64,000 nucleotides of DNA from a bacterium (GCA_963650165.1 CAVJKX010000008.1:1302-65301); one strand, 5' to 3'; positions 53,726 through 63,053 are shown, numbered from the stretch's first letter. The notes: generated from the sequence alone by a model not told the origin. Made by a program: numbers and translations.

Positions 53726-54176
53726 TTTTTAGAGGCGCATTGAGGCACCTACGGATACGGATATCTCTGGTAGCCCGGTATCGAGACTGCGGAGGAAATA
53801 AGAACGCTGCCGCGTAACGCAAGCGTACAGTAATGGGGCGCACCCATGCCTTCCCCTTGCGGAGCTTGAGGGGAAGCCAAGGGCCTCGCCGATTTCAGTG
53901 CGCAGACAGACACTTCGAGCGGAACGGGCAAGATAAGTTCCCTGCAAAGACCGGCGCAGCTTTTTAGATACTGCAAAAAACACAGCGCAAGCTCATGGGA
54001 CGCGAGATATATTTATTTATTCCAATGTTTCGATACCGGGCACCTGCAATATGCGTATCCGTAGATGCCTCAATACGCCACTGAAAAAGCGCGAAACGTA
54101 TTTATTTACACCATCGTTTCGATACCGGGCTGACGCAATAACCGTATAGGCAGGGCGTTAAAGCGCCGCTAAAAAA
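53726..54176. repeat. mosaic intergenic repeat cluster R3
   Basis: One forward T-module (TTTAGAGGCGCATTGAGGCACCTACGGATACGG...CCCGGTATCGAGAC) and two reverse T-modules (ending ...GCCTCAATACGCCACTG at ~54080 and ...AAAGCGCCGCTAAA at ~54176), plus the CTTCCCCTTGCGGAGCTTGAGGGGAAG hairpin. Confidence 0.75.
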
Positions 54177-54183
54177 GGAGGAT

Positions 54184-54630
54184 ATGAAAATGAAAGAACG
54201 TATTATGAAAAAGGATTTTGCAAAGGCATTCAGGCTCATTCTTGTGCTGTTTATCGTGCTGGCCGTGTTCACGGCGGCGGCGATACCGCTGAGCCTGTCG
54301 CGGCAGATAAGCGACGCGGCCGCCTACCGGCAGCAGCTTCAGGCATCCGACACCGTGCAGAGCGATAAGCACCACGACTCCGAGCGCGAATACAAAAGCC
54401 ACATCACCCCGCTCAACGCGACAAACTACGCCATCATCGGCGGCCTCGGCGTACTGTGGGCGGTGCTTGCGCTGTTTTATTGGTTCGACGTCGTCGCATG
54501 GCTGTACAAAAGCTCCGTCACTCAGGGCATGAACCGCTCGCTCTGGCCCATCCTCGGCCTGTTCTTCAACTTCCTCGCGGTGTTCGCGTTCATGATCGTG
54601 CGCGACCGTCCCGCGCGGCGCACAGCATAA
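54184..54630 (+). CDS. small membrane protein (148 aa), unknown function
   Basis: 3 hydrophobic segments. AAGGAGG RBS. First gene of the ABC-2 string. Confidence 0.6.
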   Translation: MKMKERIMKKDFAKAFRLILVLFIVLAVFTAAAIPLSLSRQISDAAAYRQQLQASDTVQSDKHHDSEREYKSHITPLNATNYAIIGGLGVLWAVLALFYWFDVVAWLYKSSVTQGMNRSLWPILGLFFNFLAVFAFMIVRDRPARRTA

Positions 54631-54650
54631 AGCTCGGGAGGCAGACGGCA

Positions 54651-55610
54651 ATGATTCGTACAGAAGGGCTTACCAAAGTATACAAAAACGGCTTCAAGGC
54701 CGTCGACGGGCTCGATCTTCAGATCGACGAGGGCGATATCTTCGGTTTCCTCGGCCCGAACGGTGCCGGCAAAACGACGACGATCCGTATGCTCGATGGG
54801 CTTTTGCAGCCCACGAGCGGTACGGCGTTCATAAACGGCATGGACATAACCAAGCAGCCCGTGGATATCCGCCGCGTTATCGGCGTAGTTCCCGAATCGC
54901 ACGGCTACTACTACTCGATGACGGCGCAGCAGTATCTTAAATACTTCGCCGCGCTGTTTGACCCGAAGTATGACGAGACGGCGTATGTCGAGTATCTTCT
55001 GCGCCGCGTCGGTCTGTATGAAAAGAAGGACGTTGCCATCGGCCGCTTCTCGCGCGGCATGAAGCAGCGCCTGGGCGTTGCCAAAGCGCTCATAAACCGC
55101 CCCAAGGTCATATTCCTCGATGAGCCGACCCTCGGCCTCGATCCCCGCGGCCAGCACGAGATCCAGCAGCTGCTGCTCGAGGCGAACAAAACCGACGGCG
55201 TTACGGTATTCATAACCTCCCATCTTCTCAAGGATATCGAGGTGCTGTGCAGCAAGGTCTGCATAGTCAAAGACGGCAAGCTCATCGAGCAGGGCAGCAT
55301 AGACCGGCTGCGCGAAAAGTTCATGCCCAACTACACCATGATGCTCAACACCAGCGATAATCTGCGCGCCGTTGCCGAGCTCATGAGCGTCGGAGAGATA
55401 CTCTGCGTCAAGGTAACGGACGACAACAAGCTTCTGCTCAAGCTCCGCAGCGAATGCACCGCCGACGATATAGCGCGGTCAAAGCACGAGATCATGACGA
55501 CCATGTTCTCCGCCGGTATCGATGTCGGCGAATTCTCACGCCGGACGCTGAGCATGGAGGATATCTTCTTCCTCGCAACGGGAACGGAAAAGGAGGCGGC
55601 AGCGCAATGA
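54651..55610 (+). CDS. ABC transporter ATP-binding protein (ABC-2 type) with C-terminal extension
   Basis: GFLGPNGAGKTTT, FSRGMKQRLGVA, IFLDEPTLGLD. GGGAGG RBS; the track start at 54456 is an extension. Confidence 0.9.
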   Translation: MIRTEGLTKVYKNGFKAVDGLDLQIDEGDIFGFLGPNGAGKTTTIRMLDGLLQPTSGTAFINGMDITKQPVDIRRVIGVVPESHGYYYSMTAQQYLKYFAALFDPKYDETAYVEYLLRRVGLYEKKDVAIGRFSRGMKQRLGVAKALINRPKVIFLDEPTLGLDPRGQHEIQQLLLEANKTDGVTVFITSHLLKDIEVLCSKVCIVKDGKLIEQGSIDRLREKFMPNYTMMLNTSDNLRAVAELMSVGEILCVKVTDDNKLLLKLRSECTADDIARSKHEIMTTMFSAGIDVGEFSRRTLSMEDIFFLATGTEKEAAAQ

Positions 55611-56365
55611 ACAAGACCATCATCAAAAAGGAATTTCACGAAAGCCTCTTCGACTGCAAGGGCCTGTGGCTGATCGTGGCCTGCGCATGCGTCCTGAGCG
55701 GCCTGTGCGTTCTGGTCATCAGCATAAAAGAGGGCTCGGTGCTTGCGCAGAACGATGTTCTGCAATATGCGATGAAGGCGGCGATGTTCCTGACCGTGAC
55801 CATTTCCATGGTGCTCGGCTCGGCATGCTTTGCGACCGAGCGCGAGGAAAACACGATGGAGAGCCTGCTGCTCACTCCCGTGCGCAAGCGTGACCTCGTC
55901 GTTGCAAAATATCTCGGCGTGATGCTCATCGGCGTTGCGCTTTACATTGTGTGCATCCCCTACCTCGCCGCCATCGGCCTGGGCTCGGGTCTTACATGGC
56001 GCGCCATCGCCATGACTTTCTTCGGCGGACTTCTGCTGCTGACGGCGTTCACCGCGCTGTCGGTCGTGTTCTCCATCAAAATGAAGAGCTCGAGAGCCGC
56101 TATCCTGACCTCCATCCTCGGCATGACCGTTCTGACCGTTCCGGCGCTCATCAAGGGGCTTTTCAAGCTCTCGCCGCTCGGCCTTACGATACTCAAGGTC
56201 GACCCGATCGCCTGCTGCTTTGATATGATGGACGCGGTTCTGGTCGAAAAGCAGCCGTTTTTCAGTCAGTGGGGCTACATTCTGCCGCTCGTCGGCTTTG
56301 CCGTTATAACGATCGCGCTCATGCTCTGTTGCGGCAGAAGCATCGCGCTCAAGGGAGAAAAGTAA
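55607..56365 (+). CDS. ABC-2 family permease
   Basis: ATGA overlap with the ATPase gene. 252 aa, ~6 TMs. EREENTMESLLLTPV is the typical ABC-2 motif. Confidence 0.8.
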   Translation: MNKTIIKKEFHESLFDCKGLWLIVACACVLSGLCVLVISIKEGSVLAQNDVLQYAMKAAMFLTVTISMVLGSACFATEREENTMESLLLTPVRKRDLVVAKYLGVMLIGVALYIVCIPYLAAIGLGSGLTWRAIAMTFFGGLLLLTAFTALSVVFSIKMKSSRAAILTSILGMTVLTVPALIKGLFKLSPLGLTILKVDPIACCFDMMDAVLVEKQPFFSQWGYILPLVGFAVITIALMLCCGRSIALKGEK

Positions 56366-56366
56366 A

Positions 56367-56894
56367 ATGAAAAAATTTCTTTGTCTGACCGCCATACTTC
56401 TTCTGCTGCTGAGCTGCGCATTCCCCGTCCTTGCCGCCGGCACAGAGCCCATCAGCGTCGAGATAATCTCGCCCGAAAGCATAAGCGCAACCCCCGTGCA
56501 CCACGACAACATCGTCATCCGCGTTACCAATAACAGCGACAAAGCCTGCAACGATTTGCACTGCTTCCTGACGGTGCTCGACGTCGGCAGGACACAGACG
56601 CTCCCCGTCGACGAGTTCGGCTCGGACGCCTTCCAATCACGCATCATCGAAAGCCTTGAGCCGGGGCAGAGCGTGGATATAACCATCCCCGTGCGCATCA
56701 TGTATGTCGGCGATTTCCGCTTCACCGCAACCGTTGCCGACTGCGAGTCGAATCAGCTTTACACCTGCCCGGCGATAAACGTCAGCATGCTCGCCGTCAG
56801 CACGATGAATAAGTTCCTCGTCATAGGCGCGGCAGCCGGAGTCCCCATTCTGCTGGCCGTCGCCGCGTTCATCCTGACACGCGCGCAAAAGTAA
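56367..56894 (+). CDS. exported protein with C-terminal TM anchor (175 aa), unknown function
   Basis: Signal MKKFLCLTAILLLLLSCAFPVLA, a beta-rich middle and C-terminal FLVIGAAAGVPILLAVAAFIL-TRAQK. Confidence 0.65.
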   Translation: MKKFLCLTAILLLLLSCAFPVLAAGTEPISVEIISPESISATPVHHDNIVIRVTNNSDKACNDLHCFLTVLDVGRTQTLPVDEFGSDAFQSRIIESLEPGQSVDITIPVRIMYVGDFRFTATVADCESNQLYTCPAINVSMLAVSTMNKFLVIGAAAGVPILLAVAAFILTRAQK

Positions 56895-57058
56895 GTCGCG
56901 CACAAACGGGACCCGTCAGCACTTTTGGAAATTTCAAAAAAGGTATTGACAAAAGTTTTGCGATTGTGTATTTTAAGTGTATTAGGACACACCACACAGT
57001 TAAGAAAATTAACGTGCCGCTTCGGCGGCGGAGCCATCAAAGAATTTGAGGTGATCGT

Positions 57059-58294
57059 ATGAGCACTGTCGAAAAGATCAATTTCGTCATTATGTGCGTG
57101 TTTTTCCTGTGCTACTCGTATCAGTTTATTTACATCCCCATCGGACTTCTGATGCACAGGCGCGGCTCGCACCTGGAAAGCCGCGGCAAGCGCGTTGCGG
57201 TACTCATCGCCGCACGCAACGAGCAGGCCGTTATCGGTCAGCTCATTGACAGCATCCGCGCGCAGAACTATCCGCAGCAGCTTATCGACATCATCGTCGG
57301 CGCGGACAACTGCACCGACGACACCGCCGGGATCGCACGCAGCCGCGGCGCAAGGGTGTTCGAGCGGCAGGATACTGAGCATGTCGGCAAGGGCTATGTC
57401 CTCAATTTCCTGCTGTACAGGCTCAAGGAGCTCGGCCTGAGCTACGATGCGTACATCGTCATCGACGCGGACAACATCCTCGATCCCAACTACATCGCCT
57501 CGATGTGCGGCTGCATGGAGCGCGGCTATGATATCATCACCTGCTACCGCAACTCGAAAAACTACGGCGACAACTGGATCTCCGCCGGGATCGGCCTGTG
57601 GTTCCTGCGCGAGTCGCGCTATCTCAACGGTGCGCGCGCCGCGGTCGGCAGCAGCTGCGCGGTCTCGGGCACGGGCTTTCTGTTCACGCGCGAGATACTC
57701 GAGCGCTGCGGCGGCTGGCACTTCTTCCTGCTGACCGAGGACATCGAGTTCACCATCGACAACGTGACCGACGGCGTGAAGATCGGCTACTGCCCGGACG
57801 CGGTCGTCTATGACGAGCAGCCCGTGACATTTTCGCAGTCGTGGCGGCAGCGCATGCGCTGGTCGCGCGGCTATATGCAGGTGTTTGCACGCTACGGCGG
57901 ACGCCTCATGCGCGGCATGCTGCACGGCAGCTTCTCGTGCTACGACATGGCAATGTCCATCATGCCGGCGGCAGTCCTCACTGGGCTGAGCATCGTCGTG
58001 AATGTCGGTGCCGCGGTCATGAACCTCCTCGGCGGCGGCGACTGGGCGACTCTCGGCATATCGGTCGGGCAAACGCTCGTGAGCCTGTATATGACGCTGT
58101 TCGTCATCGGCGCGATCACGACGCTCAGCGAGTGGAAGAATATCCGCTGCACTCCGGCCAAGAAGCTGCTTTACGCGCTCACCTTCCCGCTGTTCATGCT
58201 GACCTTCGTGCCCATCTGCATCGCGGCAATATTCAAGGACCCCGGCTGGAAGCCCATCGTCCACACCCGCAGCCTCGACTCCGTCCCCTCGTGA
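57059..58294 (+). CDS. family-2 glycosyltransferase, membrane-integrated processive type
   Basis: VAVLIAARNE, DADN, TEDIEF and the QRMRWSRG (QxxRW) motif. N- and C-terminal TMs. Confidence 0.85.
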   Translation: MSTVEKINFVIMCVFFLCYSYQFIYIPIGLLMHRRGSHLESRGKRVAVLIAARNEQAVIGQLIDSIRAQNYPQQLIDIIVGADNCTDDTAGIARSRGARVFERQDTEHVGKGYVLNFLLYRLKELGLSYDAYIVIDADNILDPNYIASMCGCMERGYDIITCYRNSKNYGDNWISAGIGLWFLRESRYLNGARAAVGSSCAVSGTGFLFTREILERCGGWHFFLLTEDIEFTIDNVTDGVKIGYCPDAVVYDEQPVTFSQSWRQRMRWSRGYMQVFARYGGRLMRGMLHGSFSCYDMAMSIMPAAVLTGLSIVVNVGAAVMNLLGGGDWATLGISVGQTLVSLYMTLFVIGAITTLSEWKNIRCTPAKKLLYALTFPLFMLTFVPICIAAIFKDPGWKPIVHTRSLDSVPS

Positions 58295-58656
58295 TTTCAG
58301 TGGCGCATTGAGGCTGCACCTATACGGAAACTGCGGGTGCCCGGTATCGTTACAATGGCATAAGCAAAAACGTTTCGCGCCCCATTAGTGCGCAATAATG
58401 TTTCGCACCCTTGGCTTCCCCTTCGAGGGGAAGCTGTCACCGAAGGTGACTGAAGAGGTGTAATCAAATCCTTTGCCGTCAGGCAAACACAAATTTTCTG
58501 TAAGGAACTTATTTTGCCCGTTCCACCTGCCACGGTTTCCTGCGCGGCTTCCGGTCGGGCTGACGCAAACAGCGTATCGGTACGGTGTGAAAACGCCTCT
58601 GAAAAAGCCTTCCCCTTGCGGAGCCTGAGGGGAAGGCTTTTTCAGAGGCGTTTTCA
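58295..58656. repeat. mosaic intergenic repeat cluster R4, ending in a perfect 29-bp-stem palindrome
   Basis: Starts 1 nt after the GT2 stop with TTCAGTGGCGCATTGAGGCTGCACCTATACGG. Nt 58588-58656 read TGAAAACGCCTCTGAAAAAGCCTTCCCCT-tgcggagcctg-AGGGGAAGGCTTTTTCAGAGGCGTTTTCA. Confidence 0.8.
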
Positions 58657-58674
58657 AGCGCTTTTCGGGCATAG

Positions 58675-58708
58675 AAAAAGTCCGCCGTAATTATTACGGC
58701 GGACTTTT
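58675..58708. terminator. bidirectional terminator next to tRNA-Ala
   Basis: A5-GTCCGCCGTAA-tta-TTACGGCGGAC-T5. Confidence 0.75.
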
Positions 58709-58784
58709 TGGTGGACCCGAAGGGATTCGAACCCTCGACCTCTCGGATGCGAACCGAACGCGCTCCCAGCTGCGCTACGGGCCC
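58709..58784 (-). tRNA. tRNA-Ala (anticodon CGC), CCA encoded
   Basis: Minus strand GGGCCCGTAGCGCAGCTGGGAGCGCGTTCGGTTCGCATCCGAGAGGTCGAGGGTTCGAATCCCTTCGGGTCCACCA. G3:U70 Ala identity pair; anticodon loop TTCGCAT. Confidence 0.9.
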
Positions 58785-58842
58785 AAGTGCTATCAGCTTT
58801 AGTATTATAACACACTTTTCAGAAAAGTAAAGAAAATATTTG

Positions 58843-58871
58843 TTGATTATATCGATTATTTGAGTTATAAT
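58843..58871 (+). promoter_or_regulatory. promoter of the SRP RNA
   Basis: TTGATT (58843-58848), 17-nt spacer, TATAAT (58866-58871). Confidence 0.55.
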
Positions 58872-58877
58872 ACGCTT

Positions 58878-59175
58878 GCGGCTTTTGACAAGGCTGCACT
58901 AGTTGGGGAGCCAGCGGTGCCCTGTAACCTGCAATCCGCTACAGCAGGAATGAATTCCCAACATAGGATCTGTCATGTGTCGTCTGACCCCGGTAAGCAG
59001 CGTTGACGAGCCGGTCTCGCGCAACGGAAACCCGTGAACCATGTCAGGCGGGGAACCGAGCAGCATTAAGCGGTGTTTTTCGTGTGCCGCGAGGGTGCCG
59101 GTTCTGAGCCGGCTGCCGGCGTAACGGGCATATGTCAGTTTTCAAAGTTGGGTGTGCAGTCTTGTCAAGGGCCGC
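58878..59175 (+). ncRNA. ffs: signal recognition particle RNA, long Bacillus/Clostridium type (scRNA)
   Basis: GGGGAGCCAGCGGTGCCCTGTAACCTGCAATCCGCTACAGCAGG and GTGAACCATGTCAGGCGGGGAACCGAGCAGCATTAAG match the Alu-domain and domain-IV sequences I recall from B. subtilis scRNA. The 5' GCGGCTTTTGACAAGGCTGCAC pairs with the 3' GTGCAGTCTTGTCAAGGGCCGC. Position upstream of dnaX is canonical. Ends are approximate. Confidence 0.85.
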
Positions 59176-59200
59176 ATTCTATTTATTGCAGGTAACGATC

Positions 59201-60907
59201 ATGTATCAGGCTTTATATCGAAAATGGCGTCCGAAGACCTTTGACGAGGTCGTCGGGCAAAAGCACATTACGGAAACGCTGAAAAATCAGATAGTCACGG
59301 GGCGCACCTCGCACGCGTATCTGTTCATCGGAACGCGCGGCACGGGCAAGACCACCTGCGCGAAGATCCTCGCCAAGGCGCTCAACTGCGAGCACCCGGA
59401 AAACGGCAATCCCTGCGGCAAATGCCCCGCCTGCCTCGGCATAGAGGACGGCAGCGTAATGGATGTCGTGGAGATCGACGCCGCGTCAAACAACGGCGTG
59501 GACAACGTCCGCCAGCTGCGCGAGGAGGCGGTATTCTCACCCGTCTCGGTCAAAAAGCGCGTGTACATCATCGACGAGGTGCACATGCTCTCGACCGCGG
59601 CGTTCAACGCGCTGCTGAAGATCCTCGAGGAGCCGCCGGAGCATCTGGTGTTCATCCTTGCGACGACGGAGCTCAACAAGGTACCGGCGACGATACTCTC
59701 GCGCTGCCAGCGGCACAGCTTCAAGCGCCTTGACGCGCAGCTGATCGCAGGGCACCTCGAGCATGTCGCGCAGTGCGAGGGCTTAAAGCTCGATCGCAGC
59801 GCAGCCGAGCTCATCGCGGGGCTTGCCGAGGGCGGCATGCGCGACGCTCTGTCGCTGCTCGACCAGTGCTCGGGCGAGAGCGATATCGACACGGACGCGG
59901 TGTATTCGGCGATGGGGCTGACCGGCAACAGGCGCACGGCGCAGCTGCTCGACTTCACCGTCAGGCGCAGCACCGACGAGGCGCTGAGACTGTTTGACAG
60001 TCTCTGGCGCGACGGTAAGGACCCCGCGACGCTGCTGTATGAGCTCAACACGCTCCTGCGCGACTGTCTCATGCTTTCGGTCGCGCCGAAGGCCGGTGCG
60101 GATCTCATATCCGGCCGCTTCAGCCGCGACATTCTGAATGTTTTTTGCAGAAAGCTCACCGGCGCGGAGCTGATAAACCGCATAAACACCGTCTCGGACA
60201 GTCTGCTGAAGATCCGCGACTCGAAAAGCGCAAAGCTCACGGCGGAGCTGTGCATAATATCTCTGTGCGACCCGCGCCTGAGCGAGGGGATAGACGGGCT
60301 GCGCGCAAGGGTATCGCGCATCGAGGAGGACCTGAAGCATGCGCCCGTGCGGGAGCCCGCGGCGGAGGACGATGACGGCGAGGCGGAGGAGGAGTTTCAC
60401 TCCACGCTCGACGAGGCGCCCTTTGAGCTTGACGAACCGCCGCAGCCGCGGCCGCAGTACGAGCCCGATCCGGCAGACGAGCTTGACCCGGCGGCCTTCG
60501 CCGAGTATCAGCCCGAGGACGATCTGCTCGACAAGGCGTCTCCCGTGGAGCTCAACCCCGACGCTCCGGCAAGCGCCGCAGATGCGCCGCAGGACAATGC
60601 CGCGCTGTGGACGGCGATAGTCGAGAGAGCCGAGGACACGCTGCCGCGCGGCGTGATCCCGATACTTTCAAACCCCGCGCAGACGCGCTGCACCGTGAGC
60701 TATGATACGCTCGCGCTCGAGGTGCTGCCCGGCTTTTTCTTCAACGCGGTGAACAACCAGGCGGTGCTCATGCGCCTGCGCGAGGCGGCGGCCGCCGTCA
60801 CGGGACGCAGCCTGAAGCTCACGATAGCCGAGCTGCACGAGGATAACAGCAAACCCAGAAGAGACATCGAAGAACTGAAAAAATTCAAGGAAACTCGTTT
60901 CGTATAA
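59201..60907 (+). CDS. dnaX: DNA polymerase III subunits gamma/tau
   Basis: MYQALYRKWRPKTFDEVVGQKHI...GTRGTGKTTCAKILAKALNCE...CGKCPAC...IIDEVHMLS. The track start at 59132 lies inside the SRP RNA. Confidence 0.95.
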   Translation: MYQALYRKWRPKTFDEVVGQKHITETLKNQIVTGRTSHAYLFIGTRGTGKTTCAKILAKALNCEHPENGNPCGKCPACLGIEDGSVMDVVEIDAASNNGVDNVRQLREEAVFSPVSVKKRVYIIDEVHMLSTAAFNALLKILEEPPEHLVFILATTELNKVPATILSRCQRHSFKRLDAQLIAGHLEHVAQCEGLKLDRSAAELIAGLAEGGMRDALSLLDQCSGESDIDTDAVYSAMGLTGNRRTAQLLDFTVRRSTDEALRLFDSLWRDGKDPATLLYELNTLLRDCLMLSVAPKAGADLISGRFSRDILNVFCRKLTGAELINRINTVSDSLLKIRDSKSAKLTAELCIISLCDPRLSEGIDGLRARVSRIEEDLKHAPVREPAAEDDDGEAEEEFHSTLDEAPFELDEPPQPRPQYEPDPADELDPAAFAEYQPEDDLLDKASPVELNPDAPASAADAPQDNAALWTAIVERAEDTLPRGVIPILSNPAQTRCTVSYDTLALEVLPGFFFNAVNNQAVLMRLREAAAAVTGRSLKLTIAELHEDNSKPRRDIEELKKFKETRFV

Positions 60908-60928
60908 TTATTTAGGAGGAATTTTAAT

Positions 60929-61255
60929 ATGGCAAAAGGCGGATTTCGCGGCGCTATGGGCGGCGGCAACATGATGAAGCAGGCTCAGAAGATGCAGGAA
61001 GAGTTCATGAAAATGCAGCAGGAGCTCGAGAACAGGGAGTTTGTCTCCACCGTCGGCGGCGGCGCCGTTAAGGCGACCATGATCGGCACCCGCGCGCTCA
61101 AGAGCATAGAGATCGACCCCTCGGCGGTCGATCCCGACGATCTCGAAATGCTTCAGGACATGATCGTCGCCGCGGTCAACGAGGCGATCACCCAGAGCGA
61201 GAACGCGACCAACGAGGCAATGAGCAAGCTCACCCCCATGGGCTTTCCTTTCTAA
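60929..61255 (+). CDS. ybaB: YbaB/EbfC-family nucleoid-associated protein
   Basis: NMMKQAQKMQEEFMKMQQELENREFVSTVGGGAVKATMIG...AVNEAI. Canonical position after dnaX. Confidence 0.9.
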   Translation: MAKGGFRGAMGGGNMMKQAQKMQEEFMKMQQELENREFVSTVGGGAVKATMIGTRALKSIEIDPSAVDPDDLEMLQDMIVAAVNEAITQSENATNEAMSKLTPMGFPF

Positions 61256-62018
61256 AGGCGTTTTTTCAGAGGCGCACGGACGCACCTACAGATACGCTTA
61301 TTGCCGGTGCCCGGTTCGGTACATTGGTGGAAACTACGGCGTTTCGCGCCCCATTAGTACGCAGTAATGGTTTTGCGCCCTTGGCTTCCCCTTGCGCAGC
61401 CTGAGGGGAAGCTGTCACCGAAGGTGACTGAAGAGGTGTAATTAAATCGCGGCGCAAGCCGCAACAATGCTGATAAAAGACAGTGCAGATCATAGTCTGC
61501 ACTGTCTTTTTCACGCTTAATATTAAATTCAACTTCCGATTTGTAGTGAATTTGTGTTTGCCTGACGGTAAAGGATTTAATTACACCTCATCCGGCTCGC
61601 TTACGCGACCCACCTTCCCCTCAAGCTCCGCAAGGGGAAGGCAGGGCGCAGGCTGCGCCTGCAAATGAAGATTGAAGATTGAATATCGAATAATGAATAA
61701 TTGCGGTGTGCGCAGAGCGCACGGATTTTCAGAGGCGTTGCTGCGCCGTGCCGATACGCTATTTGCGTCAGCCCGACCGGAAGCCGCGCAGGAAACCATC
61801 ACAAACAAATCTTTCTCCGCACTCGCGTTGCGCGGCAGTGTTCTTATTTTGTCGGCGGTAACGATACCGGGCCACCAGAGATACCCGTATCCGAGGCTGC
61901 GTCAATGCGCCTCTGAAAAAGCGCGAAACGTTCTTATTTATACCATTGTCTCGATACCGGGCACCGGCAGTCTCTGTATAGGTACAGCCTTAATGCGCCT
62001 CTGAAAAAGCGCCTCTAA
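61256..62018. repeat. mosaic intergenic repeat cluster R5 (~760 bp)
   Basis: Uses the same module set as R2. 61266-61800 matches the reverse complement of ~50400-51057 module by module, for example GATAAAAGACAGTGCAGATCATAGTCTGCACTGTCTTTTT and AATAATGAATAATTGCGGTGTGCGCAGAGCGCACGGATTTT. One forward T-module lies at the left end and two reverse T-modules at the right. It overlaps the stop of the YeiH-family gene. Confidence 0.8.
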
Positions 62019-63037
62019 ATAAGTGAGAGGGCGTGCTGCATTGCGATGGCGACGCCGGTGATGCCGAGCCAGCAGCAGAAGCCGAGCAGCAGCGGCTTGC
62101 CGCCGGTTTTTATGAGCTTGACGGGATTTGTGTTCAGGCCGATGGCCGCCATGGCGAGGACTATCATGAACTTGCTCAGCTCCTTGAGCGGATTGAACAC
62201 GCTTGCATCGACGCCCAGCGCCTGCGCAACGGTCGTGACGACCGAGGCGAGGATGAAGTAGAGGATGAACATCGGGAAAACGCTCTTCAGGCTGACCTTC
62301 TTACCCGACTCGCCGGCAGATTTTTTCGAGCGTATGAGCGCGAGGACGAGGGTGATGGGTATGATCGCGAGTGTACGCGTGAGCTTGACGGTGACGGCCT
62401 TATCGAGCGTCTGCGAACCGAGCCCCCACATGCTGTCCCAGGTCGAGGCGGCGGCGGTGACGGAGGAGGTATCGTTGACGGCAGTACCGGCAAAGATGCC
62501 GAAGGCCTCGCCGGAGGTAGTCGAAAAGCCGATGAGCGTGCCCATGAGCGGGAAGATGAGCGCCGCGATGACGTTGTAGAAGAAAATGACGGATATCGCC
62601 TGCGCGACCTCCTCGTCGCTCGCGTCGATGACCGGCGCGGTGGCGGCGATGGCCGAGCCGCCGCAGATCGACGAGCCCACGCCGATGAGGGTGGATATCT
62701 TCGCGGGGATCTTCAGCGCCCTGCACATGATAAACGCGACCAGCAGCGAGGTGCTTATCGTGCTGAGGATGATCGGCAGCGACTGCACGCCCGTGCGGCC
62801 GATGACCGCGAGGTTCATACCGAAGCCGAGCAGTATGACCGCCCACTGGAGTATCTTCTTCGATGTGAATTTGATACCCGCCTCGAAGGGGGCGCGGTTT
62901 GTGAGGAACATGCCGACGATCATGCCGAGCAGGATGGAGATAACGGGTCCGCCGACGACTGCGAATTTGCGGCCGAGCAGCCACGCCGGGACCGCGATAA
63001 CAAGACACAGCAGCAGTCCCTTCAGCTTTTCTTTCAT
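62015..63037 (-). CDS. YeiH/UPF0324-family membrane protein (putative sulfate exporter family)
   Basis: 340 aa polytopic. [17 protein letters not shown] motif typical of the family. Confidence 0.75.
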   Translation of the reverse strand: MKEKLKGLLLCLVIAVPAWLLGRKFAVVGGPVISILLGMIVGMFLTNRAPFEAGIKFTSKKILQWAVILLGFGMNLAVIGRTGVQSLPIILSTISTSLLVAFIMCRALKIPAKISTLIGVGSSICGGSAIAATAPVIDASDEEVAQAISVIFFYNVIAALIFPLMGTLIGFSTTSGEAFGIFAGTAVNDTSSVTAAASTWDSMWGLGSQTLDKAVTVKLTRTLAIIPITLVLALIRSKKSAGESGKKVSLKSVFPMFILYFILASVVTTVAQALGVDASVFNPLKELSKFMIVLAMAAIGLNTNPVKLIKTGGKPLLLGFCCWLGITGVAIAMQHALSLI

Positions 63038-63053
63038 TGGGTGATTCTTCTTT

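Noticed and set aside
59132-59200. Track start of dnaX at 59132
   Set aside because: That ATG lies within the 3' stem of the SRP RNA. The conserved MYQALYRKWRP N-terminus starts at 59201.
50376-62004. Short ORFs inside the repeat clusters that share peptides such as ITPLQSPSVTASP, LLRTNGARN and GASMRL (e.g. 53729..53983, 58297..58533, 61266..61532, 61672..62004)
   Set aside because: The similarity follows the nucleotide repeat in whatever frame is open. Frames and lengths are not conserved between copies and there are no RBSs. I treat the clusters as non-coding.
50326-62018. Possibility that the repeat clusters are CRISPR arrays
   Set aside because: There is no constant-length direct repeat alternating with unique spacers. 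The modules occur in both orientations with variable order, and no cas genes are in the window.
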